Assembly: GCA_039679675.1 (NCBI GenBank)
Contig: JBDKUN010000033.1
Coordinates: forward strand, 1-64,000
Length of the DNA: 64,000 nt
Reading direction: 5' to 3'
Source of the DNA: Armatimonadota bacterium
GTDB taxonomy: Bacteria > Armatimonadota > UBA5829 > DTLH01
Positions 9,856-19,794 of the stretch are shown piece after piece. The notes below the pieces were generated by a model. The model was not told the origin of the DNA, made no database searches, and saw nothing but the letters and a program-made list of their open reading frames with translations. The translations under genes were made by a program, and so were the position numbers. Within the stretch, counting starts at the first letter, position 1. Every line of letters starts with the position of its first letter.

Positions 9856-11079
9856 ATGGTCAATATAGCAGCCTTGAGTCGAACCACAATCGGCGTATGG
9901 ATAGTGTTGATGATTATTGTTTTTGCAGGAGTTTCCACTGCCGCATCGGTTAAATCAGCGAGTGTTAAAAATACAGTAAATACTGTCGTAATCGATAGAT
10001 GTAAATCGGACTTATCCAAAAGGCTTAAGCAGGATGAGCAGGAAATAAAACTCGAAAGCGCGGAACAAGTCATTTGGCCAGACTCAGCACTGGGTATGCC
10101 GGAGCCAGGCAAAATATATGCACAAGCAGAGACACCCGGCTATAAAGTGATATTGAGATGGCAGGCTCAGAAATACCTTTACACCACAAGCACTAAGGTT
10201 ATCAAATACGGCGGCCCGCTGCAGATCTGGGTATATTCACTTTTATATCTGAAACCTGTTCCTAATGACCCGAATATGAATGGAGATTTATATCAGTGCT
10301 CTTTGCTCGGGACCAATGCTTTTCGTGTTGCATCCGACGTATCGGAATACTATCCGCAGAAAGATGGAACAGTAGTATATAAAAGGAGGACCTCGCGTTC
10401 AGGACACGACCTCTTTTATGTCGACGCTGCTCAACCCGGCAAAGAAAAGATGCTTTATCAGGGAGCTGATTTCTGCGGCGCTTCATTCGACAAAGCTCGA
10501 AATCAATGGGCGGCGATTGTAAGGCCGAAACTCGGAGACAAGTGGAATATTGCTCTGGGGGATAAAGAACACACCGGTTCAAACGCACGTTTACTGCCGA
10601 TTCCTGAAGGAGTCCGGCCTGCTGGCGTTGATTGGATGGACGACAAACTAACTATATCGACTGAGAACGACGACAATAGCCGCTCGATCTATGAAATGGA
10701 TCCCGCTGAAAAGCAGCTCAAATGGCAGGAGATCGGCATTTTCGAGAGTCAGCCTAAAAATGAATATCTGATCAACAGAAGCGTGACTCTAAAAATGAAC
10801 GAGCTGAAAGAGAACGGCAAAACGAACCTGGAGGTCACCCTGGTAAAGTTCACCGGCGAACGAAATGTTGTAGCAGAAATTGACGACTTTACCATGCAAA
10901 GCTGCAAGATTCTCTGGCCGTACATACTTATCTGGGGGCAAAACAGCGTCAATCCATCGGCATATATCATCGATAGCGAAACTTGCGAGTTGAATAAAAG
11001 CGCTTTAGCAGATGCTTCAAACATCGAGCTATTTACCTTGCCTCCGCATGATAGCCCTGCCCACACAGCTTCGAAATGA
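9856..11079 (+). CDS. Hypothetical secreted protein (first of tandem trio)
   Basis: ORF; start at ATG 9856 with AAGGAG ~17 nt upstream; hydrophobic signal-like N-term. Confidence 0.5.
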   Translation: MVNIAALSRTTIGVWIVLMIIVFAGVSTAASVKSASVKNTVNTVVIDRCKSDLSKRLKQDEQEIKLESAEQVIWPDSALGMPEPGKIYAQAETPGYKVILRWQAQKYLYTTSTKVIKYGGPLQIWVYSLLYLKPVPNDPNMNGDLYQCSLLGTNAFRVASDVSEYYPQKDGTVVYKRRTSRSGHDLFYVDAAQPGKEKMLYQGADFCGASFDKARNQWAAIVRPKLGDKWNIALGDKEHTGSNARLLPIPEGVRPAGVDWMDDKLTISTENDDNSRSIYEMDPAEKQLKWQEIGIFESQPKNEYLINRSVTLKMNELKENGKTNLEVTLVKFTGERNVVAEIDDFTMQSCKILWPYILIWGQNSVNPSAYIIDSETCELNKSALADASNIELFTLPPHDSPAHTASK

Positions 11080-11092
11080 TTGGGGTTAAGAA

Positions 11093-12256
11093 ATGGTGAA
11101 AATGATCCAGCATCGGCTAAAACTGCCGCTGATTATTCTGCTTGCTTCGTGTGTGATAGGGATCTGTAGCTCTCTTCCAGCAAGAGCAGGTGACTCAGAC
11201 TGGGCAATTCCATCCGGGCCTCTTCCTGACATACCTGAACCCAGTGATCCTGTCATAGTCATTGATACTACCGAGGATCAGGATTCAGACAGCAGTCCGG
11301 CCAACCAAAATTCGGCGGCTTCAAACAGTCAAACCGAAGAGAAAAAACCTGATGCGAGTACTCTGCCCAAAGCCGATGTGCAACCCAGCCGCGAAGAGCT
11401 CATTAAGCAGAAAAAAGAAGCTTTTCTAAAGGCATTTCAATTGCCTGCGGACCAGTCGCCCAATATAGTAGCATCTTCTCAGAACAGGTATTCGCCTGTT
11501 GTATCCGGCTGTAATGACCTGGGTGGAGGCCCTACCCCAAGCGGACTTTCTACCGAAGAATGGCAGGAAGCCGCGGATTGTCAGCAGGCACTAGGTACGC
11601 TTTATTCGAAATGGCCGCTCAGCAACGCGGAAATTAACGAGATAGACGAACTGCAGGCCAAGCGCGACGCTCTTTGGAAAAAAGCTGTCAGTATGCCTGG
11701 GTTGACACAGGCAGAGCGCGACAGGTTCAGGATCAAGCTGTATACGCCGAATTGGCCGAACGCTCAAGTCCCGTCGCTTAGCGAGAAGATGCTCAATAGT
11801 TGGGTGGCTCCGCCGCCGCTTCCCATGAGTAACGGAAAACCTTCCGAGCCGATGGTGAACCCTGTTACCAAATGGCTCGTCGACCAGATGCAGAACGCGG
11901 TCGAATCCGGCGGCGAGTCCGTTATGGATTACAAATACGAGGAAAATAATTACAGTGATGTGCTAGGGTTGAGCAAAATCGCTGTGGCTTACAAAAAAGG
12001 CGGAGCTGCTCCTGCGCTCGCTGAAAGCATGAACTTTCTGGTCGGTAAAATAAAAATTCCTCAGGCCGCCATGGCCGTCGATGGTGGCAGAAAATATGCC
12101 GATATTGTTTTTCAGGCGGAAAATAAATTCATGAATGACGCCTTGGCATCCGTCGGAGGGTCGTTCGATCAGAAGCAATTCTGGTCGGATTTTAAAGAAG
12201 ACTGCAATGTATGGCAGAAGGCAGTGATGGAGTGGATCGGCTATGCACCTGAATAA
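11093..12256 (+). CDS. Hypothetical secreted protein with Pro/Ser/Asp-rich linker (second of trio)
   Basis: ORF; signal peptide LKLPLIILLASCVIGICSSLPARA; no known domain. Confidence 0.5.
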   Translation: MVKMIQHRLKLPLIILLASCVIGICSSLPARAGDSDWAIPSGPLPDIPEPSDPVIVIDTTEDQDSDSSPANQNSAASNSQTEEKKPDASTLPKADVQPSREELIKQKKEAFLKAFQLPADQSPNIVASSQNRYSPVVSGCNDLGGGPTPSGLSTEEWQEAADCQQALGTLYSKWPLSNAEINEIDELQAKRDALWKKAVSMPGLTQAERDRFRIKLYTPNWPNAQVPSLSEKMLNSWVAPPPLPMSNGKPSEPMVNPVTKWLVDQMQNAVESGGESVMDYKYEENNYSDVLGLSKIAVAYKKGGAAPALAESMNFLVGKIKIPQAAMAVDGGRKYADIVFQAENKFMNDALASVGGSFDQKQFWSDFKEDCNVWQKAVMEWIGYAPE

Positions 12257-14609
12257 GATTCTCATTTTATCATCTATAGCATTGGCTGCGTTGACATCGG
12301 ATGTAGTATTAGCCGGCAACTCGCATGACGGTGGAAAAACACTTGTCCTTTCAAATACCGCGATAGCTCTGCCGGAAGGGTGTAAGGTAAAAGTACGGTG
12401 GGTAAGCCCGCCGCTGGATTCTTCTGTGGCGAGCAAAGCATCATTGCACAACCTGGATTTCGCGGTTGATTCCGCAGGAACACCATGGATCGGATATCAG
12501 CGCAAGTATATGATAAGCCCTGTAAAACAATGCCGGTTCAGCCTTCCCACGCTCTATACATCTTTCTCATGCACCAACAACGGCGCATTGTTGATGACAA
12601 CCAAGTCAGACTTATGCTTTGTTGTCCCGCCAAAGAAACTATCTCTCTCAAAGGACAACATTCCAGAGGCCGGGTATCAACCAATCGCAAACCTTCCAAC
12701 CTATTACAGCAAAGTGTTCGGCGGCTTGGACGGCAGCATCTTTCTTGTTGCCCCTCGCGGCGACGGCGGAAGTGATATCTTCAAGTATACGCCATGCAAA
12801 TCGGTTGTGCGAGGATATGAAAAGATCTTCACCAGCGATTATGGGGCGCGTGCTGTTTCAGGAGATGCAAACAATGTATTCGTGGCTGTGGAAGGCGCCA
12901 TTTTGAAGATATCTGTTCCTGACGGAAGCATAACCAAACTATATGCAGACCCCGACGAGGTCGTCGAAAGCTTGGCATATTATCCTGGGACAGGTCTTTT
13001 CTACTCGACTGGATCTTCCATCGGCTATATTGGGGCAAATGGCCCTATGCCGTTTATAACTGCTCCTGATACGCTCATCTCGCTGAGAAACGGCACTCTC
13101 TACATATTGTTTAAGAACTCTCTCGGAATAATCGCGCTGGACGATATCGGCGATATTAAAAGATTTGCCCGAGCTATAAAAAAAGTCCCGTTCCACACAA
13201 CAAAAGATGTGAAGCTTACCGGAATGCGTTTTTTTGAAGGTGGAGAAGAAGTTTCGGCAGGTTCCGACAAGCGGTATGCTTCAGTTTTTGATCGCCGGAC
13301 TACCAGATACATCTACTGTGAATTTGGCGTAGTGAATCTAAGGCAGAACCAAAACGTTCGTAATAAGAACCTTACGATGAAGTTGTACGAAGCCGGTTCG
13401 AACAAACCTATCAGCATTGGAAGACAGGACATAACATTCAAACCGGATTCTCCGAGTGTGACGGTTTGGAGGAAATACGGTTCGAGATACCCCGACACTA
13501 TATATCCGCTTAAATATGTTATGCGGATATACTCGAATGACACTCTGCTTGGCGAAAGCAGTTTCACTGTGACCGGCACCCCAACCATTGAAGAAGCCGT
13601 AGAACATGGTAACATCCAAGCTGCAGCCAATCTCATCAAATCAGGTGCGGATCTGAATACTGTCTCGGTATTCGGTTCCACGCTGCTTATTACGGCTGTA
13701 AAGGCATCGAATATCGAGATGGTAAAATTGCTTCTTGATTCTGGATCGGATGTAAATGCACAGGATAAAGACGGTAGGACCGCGCTCTACAATGCGGCTA
13801 TTCGCCTTAATTTGCCAGCCGTAAAGATTTTGCTGGAATACGGAGCAAAGACTGAGATAAAAGATGAAAGTGGTTTGACGGCATTGGCAGTTGCATACCT
13901 CGGAATTTGTCACGCAGATATTATCAATAGTCTACTCTCGCATGGAGCCGATCCAAATGCAGAATGCGCCGATGGTAATGCTGCTATATTCAACGCCATT
14001 GACGGCTATAACGCAGATGTGGTTTCAGAACTCGTGAAGCACGGTGCAAACGTAAATTCATCCTGTAAAGAACACAACGGCACGCAGCGCAGCGTTTTGG
14101 GTTATACTCTGCATAAGTATTATTTGGTCCAAGGAGACCGAAAATATCGGAACAATCTCCAAAAGATTGCTGTTATTCTGCAGGAAAATGGCGCAAACCT
14201 CAATACTGCAGAGTTTACTGATGCCTATTTCGAGGGAATTGACCAGCTACTCGACGAAAATCATATGTGCCGTTTGCTCGAGATGTCCGAAACTGCTGCC
14301 GGCCATTACGAAACTAACAATCCTTATCTGCAAAAAGCATGTCTTCGTGGGCTGCTGAATGCTGCGCGCAGGCGTATATCCGATGAGAATTACATAGCAG
14401 CAGAAAATCTCTGCAATGAGGCGATTCTATTCGCCATTAAGTTTGGGCTTGTTTCTTCTTTCCCTGAGGTATATTTCGATGCTGGGCTGGTAGCCGAGTA
14501 CAGCGGTAATTCAGGTTATGCACACAAATATTTGAAAGAGTATTTGAAGATAGCTCCTGCAGGCTCGTGTGCATCGCAAGCGAGAGAAATAATGAGTGGG
14601 TTGAAATAG
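12243..14609 (+). CDS. Secreted ankyrin-repeat protein (788 aa): N-term unknown domain, >=5 ankyrin repeats, C-term helical region
   Basis: Signal peptide; repeats G.TALY.AA...V..LL..GADVNA.DKDGRTAL; start overlaps previous gene by 14 nt. Confidence 0.6.
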   Translation: MHLNKILILSSIALAALTSDVVLAGNSHDGGKTLVLSNTAIALPEGCKVKVRWVSPPLDSSVASKASLHNLDFAVDSAGTPWIGYQRKYMISPVKQCRFSLPTLYTSFSCTNNGALLMTTKSDLCFVVPPKKLSLSKDNIPEAGYQPIANLPTYYSKVFGGLDGSIFLVAPRGDGGSDIFKYTPCKSVVRGYEKIFTSDYGARAVSGDANNVFVAVEGAILKISVPDGSITKLYADPDEVVESLAYYPGTGLFYSTGSSIGYIGANGPMPFITAPDTLISLRNGTLYILFKNSLGIIALDDIGDIKRFARAIKKVPFHTTKDVKLTGMRFFEGGEEVSAGSDKRYASVFDRRTTRYIYCEFGVVNLRQNQNVRNKNLTMKLYEAGSNKPISIGRQDITFKPDSPSVTVWRKYGSRYPDTIYPLKYVMRIYSNDTLLGESSFTVTGTPTIEEAVEHGNIQAAANLIKSGADLNTVSVFGSTLLITAVKASNIEMVKLLLDSGSDVNAQDKDGRTALYNAAIRLNLPAVKILLEYGAKTEIKDESGLTALAVAYLGICHADIINSLLSHGADPNAECADGNAAIFNAIDGYNADVVSELVKHGANVNSSCKEHNGTQRSVLGYTLHKYYLVQGDRKYRNNLQKIAVILQENGANLNTAEFTDAYFEGIDQLLDENHMCRLLEMSETAAGHYETNNPYLQKACLRGLLNAARRRISDENYIAAENLCNEAILFAIKFGLVSSFPEVYFDAGLVAEYSGNSGYAHKYLKEYLKIAPAGSCASQAREIMSGLK

Positions 14610-14613
14610 ATTC

Positions 14614-14650
14614 CAGCCGAGACTGGTGTTACCCGCCTCGGCTTCAATAT
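14614..14650 (+). terminator. Candidate intrinsic terminator after ankyrin gene
   Basis: AGCCGAG-(15 nt)-CTCGGCT stem followed by TTCAATAT; weak T-tract. Confidence 0.3.
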
Positions 14651-14738
14651 AAGTATACGGGCACATTCGTGGTTTCTGCTTCGAGAAGGGGTGTATTCCC
14701 GTCTAAGTAACATCCTGTCTTAATAGCGGGCCAGCTTT

Positions 14739-14795
14739 ATGTAGTGGCGGTCTCCGTGCAGGCCATCTACCCCGTGGACCCACCGGACCACGGGG
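14739..14795 (+). repeat. REP-like hairpin repeat family A (TGTAGTGGCCGG..), degenerate copy A1, in convergent spacer
   Basis: gtagtggcggtctccgtgcaggccatc ~ copies at 30356 and 36475; followed by second hairpin CCCCGTGG..CCACGGGG. Confidence 0.6.
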
Positions 14796-14915
14796 AGCTC
14801 TGCAAGAGCCGGACTCTACCATAGCTGCAACTTAGAAACGGAGACTACTTAGATCGCGGGTATTTACCTCTGCGCTTAGTGCCTTTGAATCTCAGCATCC
14901 ATCAGCTTGCCGCGT

Positions 14916-16361
14916 TCACTTATGGTTACCATTGTCTTTATGATACCCTGCCTTTTCCAACAAGCTCAGGCCAGCTATGCCGGGGTGGGTCATCTCGTTC
15001 GGAGCCATTATGACCTCAAGCTGCTCTTTGGTGAAGAGTTTTTTCTTAAGTGCAAGCTCACGTATCGTTTTTCCCGTAGAAAGCGCCTCTTTTGCGAGAT
15101 CAGAGGCTTCTTCATAGCCGATATACGGTGAAAGCGCCGTCACAAGCCCGAAACTTCTCTCCAGAAGCTCCATCGTGCGGTCTTCGTTAGCTGTAATGCC
15201 GTTTATACACTTCTCAGCAAGAAGTTTCGCAGCGGCTGTAAGCATTGTCAGTGACTGGAACAGGTTGTGAGAGAGCATCGGGAGGAACGCATTCAGTTCC
15301 AGTTGCCCGCTTGACGCCGCGAGCGTTATTGCCTGGTCGTTTGCCATTACCTGGAATGCTACCTGGCTTACGGCTTCCGTGGCGACCGGATTGACCTTTC
15401 CCGGCATTATCGACGACCCGGCCTGAAGCTCTGGCAGCTTGATCTCGGCAAACCCGGCTCTCGGACCGGATGACAGTATTCGCAGGTCGGATGCGATCTT
15501 CGCCAGGTTCGAAGCAGTGGCTTTCAGCATCCCGGATACTTCCACAAAAACATCGGTGTTCTGCGTTGCGTCGATCATATTCTCTGCACGGGCGAGCCCG
15601 ATTCCTGTGATTTCTCTCAATATTTCGACGACCATAAAAACATACTTCCGGTCGGCATTCAGTCCAGTTCCGATTGCCGTTCCACCGAGGTTTACCTGCC
15701 TCAAACGCTCCTCAACCTTGTAAAGCCTCCACCAGTCGCGCTGCACAGCCTGCGCCCATGCTGAGAACTCCTGGCCGAGCGTCATCGGCACTGCATCCTG
15801 CATTTCTGTTCTTCCGAGTTTAAGAATATGGGCAAATTCCTGTTCTTTCTTCTGCAGTTCGGCCTGGAGTTCGGCCATCGTCTTGCTGGTACTCTGCAGC
15901 AGCTGGATAGCCGTAATTCTGATAGCTGTCGGGACGACATCGTTTGTCGATTGGGAAAGATTTACGTGGTCCAGAGGGTGAACAAGGTGATAATCGCCCT
16001 TTGTTCCGCCGAGAATCTCGATTGCACGGTTTGCAATGACCTCATTCGAGTTCATATTCATCGAAGTCCCGGCTCCGCCCTGGAACGGGTCGGTGATGAA
16101 CTGGTCGGCAAGCGCTCCTGCGGCAATCTCGTCACATGCTGCAGCTATCGCATCACCGATAGACTTGTCCATATAACCAGTTTTTACGTTGGCGAGCGCG
16201 CAGGCTTTTTTGACCTGGGCCAGTGACCTTACCAGCTCAGGATGGATGTGAAGCCCGGAAATATGAAAGTTCGCAGCGGCGCGAACGGTATGGATTCCAT
16301 AGTATACATCGGACGGCACTTCCATCGTGCCGAGGAGGTCGTGTTCAGTTCTTGTTTTCAT
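14916..16361 (-). CDS. aspA: Aspartate ammonia-lyase
   Basis: N-term DLLGTMEVPSDVYYGIHTVRAAANF matches AspA; GSSIMPGKVNPV signature; start set at MKTRTEH (ORF-track start 16502 overlaps argS). Confidence 0.8.
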   Translation of the reverse strand: MKTRTEHDLLGTMEVPSDVYYGIHTVRAAANFHISGLHIHPELVRSLAQVKKACALANVKTGYMDKSIGDAIAAACDEIAAGALADQFITDPFQGGAGTSMNMNSNEVIANRAIEILGGTKGDYHLVHPLDHVNLSQSTNDVVPTAIRITAIQLLQSTSKTMAELQAELQKKEQEFAHILKLGRTEMQDAVPMTLGQEFSAWAQAVQRDWWRLYKVEERLRQVNLGGTAIGTGLNADRKYVFMVVEILREITGIGLARAENMIDATQNTDVFVEVSGMLKATASNLAKIASDLRILSSGPRAGFAEIKLPELQAGSSIMPGKVNPVATEAVSQVAFQVMANDQAITLAASSGQLELNAFLPMLSHNLFQSLTMLTAAAKLLAEKCINGITANEDRTMELLERSFGLVTALSPYIGYEEASDLAKEALSTGKTIRELALKKKLFTKEQLEVIMAPNEMTHPGIAGLSLLEKAGYHKDNGNHK

Positions 16362-16428
16362 ATCCAAATTACTTCGCTTTGCATGTATATTTTCGGCCAG
16401 TGGCGAAAATATATCGGGATGAGTTTCG

Positions 16429-18114
16429 TTACATCCGTTCCGGCGCGGAGATTCCCAGCATTCCGAGAACGTTCGAAAGCACCGTCTTGGCTGCCTGTGC
16501 AACTACCAGTCTTGCTGATGTGACATTGGCATCTTCACCAAGCACGCGGCAGTCGCGGTAGAATGCATGGAAAAGCGCCGCGAGGTCCATCGCGTAGCCC
16601 GTAAGGCGGTGCGGCTCGTAGTTAACAGCCGATCTTTCGACCAGTTCCGGCCATTCTCCGAACTTCTTGATCAGCTCTATCTCGGATGGATGGACTATGA
16701 GCGACAGGTCTACATCGGAAGCAGACGGCAGAGCTATATTATTCTCCTCTGCTGACCGCAGGATGCTGCAAATCCTTGCATGTGCATACTGCACATAGTA
16801 AACAGGGTTCTCGGATGACTGGGACTTTGCAAGCTCCAGATCGAAATCGAGCGGGCTGTCGGCGCTTCTCATCAACAGGAAGAACCTGGACGCGTCTTTT
16901 CCGACTTCGTTGACCAGTTCCGAGAGCGGGACAAGGTCGCCACGGCGTTTCGACATCATGACTAGTTCTCCGCCGGAGAAAAGCCTTACAACCTGGTATA
17001 TAAGGACATCCAGTTTGCCGGGGTCATAGCCGAGCGCCGCGATGGCTGCCTTTGTTCTTGCGATGTAGCCATGATGGTGCGGTCCCCAGACATTCAGCAG
17101 CCGGTCGAACCCTCTGTCGAACTTATCAGCGTGATACGCGGAGTCTGCGGCTATATAGGTCGGCTGGCCGTTCGAGCGGACGAGTGTCCTGTCTTTATCG
17201 TCGCCGAATGCTGTAGATCTGAGCCAGACTGCGCCTTCCTTATCGTATGCATAGCCTCGTTCCTTCAGGGTTTCGATGGCTTTCGATACTTTACCCGATG
17301 CATGCAGTGTTCTTTCCGAGAACCAGTTGTCGAATTTAACGCCGAAATCGGCAAGATCGGACTTCTGGAGCGCAATCATCGACTGTTCGCCTGTGTCGGT
17401 GAACTGCCTGACTCGTTCATCTTTCGGGAGGTGGACATACTTGTCACCATCCCGCTCGATTATATCTTTTGCGATCTGGATAACGTAATCACCCTGGTAG
17501 CCGTCCTCCGGCATCTTTGCGTCGTGTCCAAGGGACTGCAGGTATCGGACTTCGAGCGATTTTCCGAAATTCTGCATTTGTGTGCTGTTCAGCGCGTCGT
17601 TGATGTAGTATTCCCGGCAAACTTTATAGCCGACGGCTGAAAGGAGGTTCGAGACAACATCGCCGATCACTCCGCTTCGCGCGCTGCCGACCGTAACAGG
17701 CCCGTTGGGGTTGGCGCTGACGAACTCGACGAGTATGCTCTCTCCCGTGTGTTTGCTCGATGTTCCGTAGCGCTCTTTTTCGGTATCCACCATTCGGATT
17801 ATGTTGTGGTACCAATCCGGTTTGAGGTAGAAGTTGATGAACCCGGCTCCGGCAATCTGCACTTTCTCTATAATGCCGCCGCTCTGCATTATGCGGTCGA
17901 TCACCTGTTGTGCGACTTCACGAGGCGACTTTCCGAGTGTTCTTGCGAGCACCATTGCGACATTCGTAGAATAATCTCCGAATTCTTTCTTTTTCGGAAT
18001 GTCGATCTCTACCTCTGGAATCGCGTCGATTGCGAGATCACCGGACTTTTTTGCATCCTCAAGGGCTGTTTGTACGATTTTTACCAGTTCGTTTTTAATC
18101 ATTATCCATATCAC
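16429..18114 (-). CDS. argS: Arginyl-tRNA synthetase (alt start 18102 at MIKNELV)
   Basis: ArgRS architecture, anticodon-binding C-term, MMSKRRGD (KMSK-like); HIGH position reads PVTVGSAR. Confidence 0.85.
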   Translation of the reverse strand: MIWIMIKNELVKIVQTALEDAKKSGDLAIDAIPEVEIDIPKKKEFGDYSTNVAMVLARTLGKSPREVAQQVIDRIMQSGGIIEKVQIAGAGFINFYLKPDWYHNIIRMVDTEKERYGTSSKHTGESILVEFVSANPNGPVTVGSARSGVIGDVVSNLLSAVGYKVCREYYINDALNSTQMQNFGKSLEVRYLQSLGHDAKMPEDGYQGDYVIQIAKDIIERDGDKYVHLPKDERVRQFTDTGEQSMIALQKSDLADFGVKFDNWFSERTLHASGKVSKAIETLKERGYAYDKEGAVWLRSTAFGDDKDRTLVRSNGQPTYIAADSAYHADKFDRGFDRLLNVWGPHHHGYIARTKAAIAALGYDPGKLDVLIYQVVRLFSGGELVMMSKRRGDLVPLSELVNEVGKDASRFFLLMRSADSPLDFDLELAKSQSSENPVYYVQYAHARICSILRSAEENNIALPSASDVDLSLIVHPSEIELIKKFGEWPELVERSAVNYEPHRLTGYAMDLAALFHAFYRDCRVLGEDANVTSARLVVAQAAKTVLSNVLGMLGISAPERM

Positions 18115-18168
18115 CTACATTCGGCAGCGTTTCAATGCGCTGCCGGAAAAATCTCTCTTTTATATAAA

Positions 18169-19332
18169 TCAGGAAAGGATCGAAAGCCATGGGATCCTTA
18201 TAATCGTTGTCAGAACTGCAATTACCATGCTTACAGTGAAGAAACCGAAGCCTACCTGCAGAATACCTGTATTCCACAACCGTCCGAAGCCATTGGCTGT
18301 TTTGTTCGGCTCGCGCCGGTACTTTGCAAGGAGTTCCTCTCCTGACTTGATCCCGCTCTGAATGTGGCGGGGTGACGGCGGCTTGGTCGTTATATACTGT
18401 TGCATATAATAACCTATTGTGCGCCATCCCGCAAAGACAAGGATCAGTGCAATCACTATCGCTGCCTGCGTTCCTATGCCGTCGGCGATCAAGACGAAGA
18501 TCGCCATTGCAGCCATCAGGTTGGTCCCGCAGCGCGGGTGGGCTCTTGGCATACGTGCGACAATTTCAGGTGTCAGCGGCTCACCAGCCTCTATTGTGTG
18601 GACGACTTGATGTTCTGCCGCATGGTATCCCGTTATAGTGGACATCCTGAGGAACATGAGCATCAGCACCATTGAAAGCCCGACGATCACATAACGGACA
18701 CAATCGGCACTTATGGCCTGCCTGGTTGCGGCTCCGGTCATCGGCGATATCGCAAGCAGGTAAAAGTGCGTCCCGAACAGCTTGTCAACGGCCCATGTGA
18801 GTAAAACTGCGGCTACATTGGCTACAACCATCATGATGGCGAGCGATACTCCGGTCAAATACAGTCCCAGGCTTCCGGGACCTGCCGAGATAGACCCCGT
18901 AGTGAGATGTACCCCGATCGGTGTAGCCATTCCGGCTATCGTCGGAGGCTTTATAACATCCATCCGTGCTGCCAGGACATCACTTCCGGTCACTACACCA
19001 TGGAAACAGCCAAACTCGTCTATCACCGGAAGCACATCGGTATGGTTAGTGGTCATCACATCCGCTGCCTGATTGATAGACATGTGGATGTTCGCGCAGA
19101 CAGGGTTTCTGTCCATCACATCAGCAACTCTGAGGCTTTCGCTCCCGCCCGCAGCCAGGTGGGCGAGGATCAACTCTTCCGAGACCAGCCCAGAAACACG
19201 TCCTCCGCTCGTAACAGGAAGCGCAGGTATCTGCGCAGCGCGCAGCAGGCTGACAGCTCGTGCAAGACTGTCTTCCTGATCCAGAAACTTAGTATTTTTG
19301 ATTATATCAGTTATTGGTCTGTCGTTCATCAT
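18169..19332 (-). CDS. CBS-pair domain fused to polytopic membrane domain (YHAAEH motif, possibly DUF1385/YqhQ-like)
   Basis: N-term CBS-like repeats; C-term multi-TM with YHAAEHQVVH; 54-bp gap to argS suggests co-transcription. Confidence 0.45.
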   Translation of the reverse strand: MMNDRPITDIIKNTKFLDQEDSLARAVSLLRAAQIPALPVTSGGRVSGLVSEELILAHLAAGGSESLRVADVMDRNPVCANIHMSINQAADVMTTNHTDVLPVIDEFGCFHGVVTGSDVLAARMDVIKPPTIAGMATPIGVHLTTGSISAGPGSLGLYLTGVSLAIMMVVANVAAVLLTWAVDKLFGTHFYLLAISPMTGAATRQAISADCVRYVIVGLSMVLMLMFLRMSTITGYHAAEHQVVHTIEAGEPLTPEIVARMPRAHPRCGTNLMAAMAIFVLIADGIGTQAAIVIALILVFAGWRTIGYYMQQYITTKPPSPRHIQSGIKSGEELLAKYRREPNKTANGFGRLWNTGILQVGFGFFTVSMVIAVLTTIIRIPWLSILS

Positions 19333-19351
19333 TGATCAAAAGTAAATTGGG

Positions 19352-19381
19352 TTGCCAAGAAACCGGCGTATATGGTATTAT
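19352..19381 (+). promoter_or_regulatory. Candidate sigma70-type promoter for rpmB
   Basis: TTGCCA-18 bp-TATTAT, AGGAGGA RBS before ATG. Confidence 0.35.
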
Positions 19382-19422
19382 TCAGTGTTGCCCCATTCCT
19401 TTCAGGAGGATACTGAATAAAA

Positions 19423-19638
19423 ATGGCTAATGTTTGCGAAGTCTGCGGAAAAGGTCCGCAATTCGGACAAAATATAAGGCACGTCCACTCCGGGTCATGG
19501 GCGCTTAGAGCTCCCAGGACAAAAAGACGCTGGATGCCAAACCTGCAGACTGTTACAGTGCCTAACGGCGAATCAACAAAGAAGATTCGCATCTGCACAA
19601 AATGCTTGAAGGCGGGTAAAGTAGTCCGCGCGGTGTGA
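19423..19638 (+). CDS. rpmB: 50S ribosomal protein L28
   Basis: [34 protein letters not shown] matches L28. Confidence 0.8.
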   Translation: MANVCEVCGKGPQFGQNIRHVHSGSWALRAPRTKRRWMPNLQTVTVPNGESTKKIRICTKCLKAGKVVRAV

Positions 19639-19673
19639 TTATAAACCGTAAAAATCTACTAACATGACAAAAA

Positions 19674-19700
19674 GGGAGACTAAGCGCTCCCTTTTTTGTT
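19674..19700 (+). terminator. Rho-independent terminator after rpmB
   Basis: GGGAG-actaagcg-CTCCC followed by TTTTTTGTTT. Confidence 0.55.
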
Positions 19701-19794
19701 TGGTTCCCCGCAATCACTTGCAAATTATACCTTATCCAGCCTCTATTTTACAAGGCCGTTTACGCATCGAATATACCACAATAGCTCATCAATA

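Noticed and set aside
14610-14915. Structured 305-bp convergent spacer considered as tmRNA, RNase P RNA or SRP RNA
   Set aside because: No tmRNA tRNA-like 3' end or tag ORF, no RNase P P4 consensus (only a partial AGTCCGGCTC on minus strand), no SRP domain IV motif; content is explained by family-A repeat plus hairpins.
14916-16502. Long 528-aa version of aspA ORF
   Set aside because: The first 47 codons overlap the argS 3' end and do not match the aspartase N-terminus; the internal Met at 16361 gives canonical AspA start.
17071-17640. 189-aa plus-strand ORF
   Set aside because: Antisense within argS.
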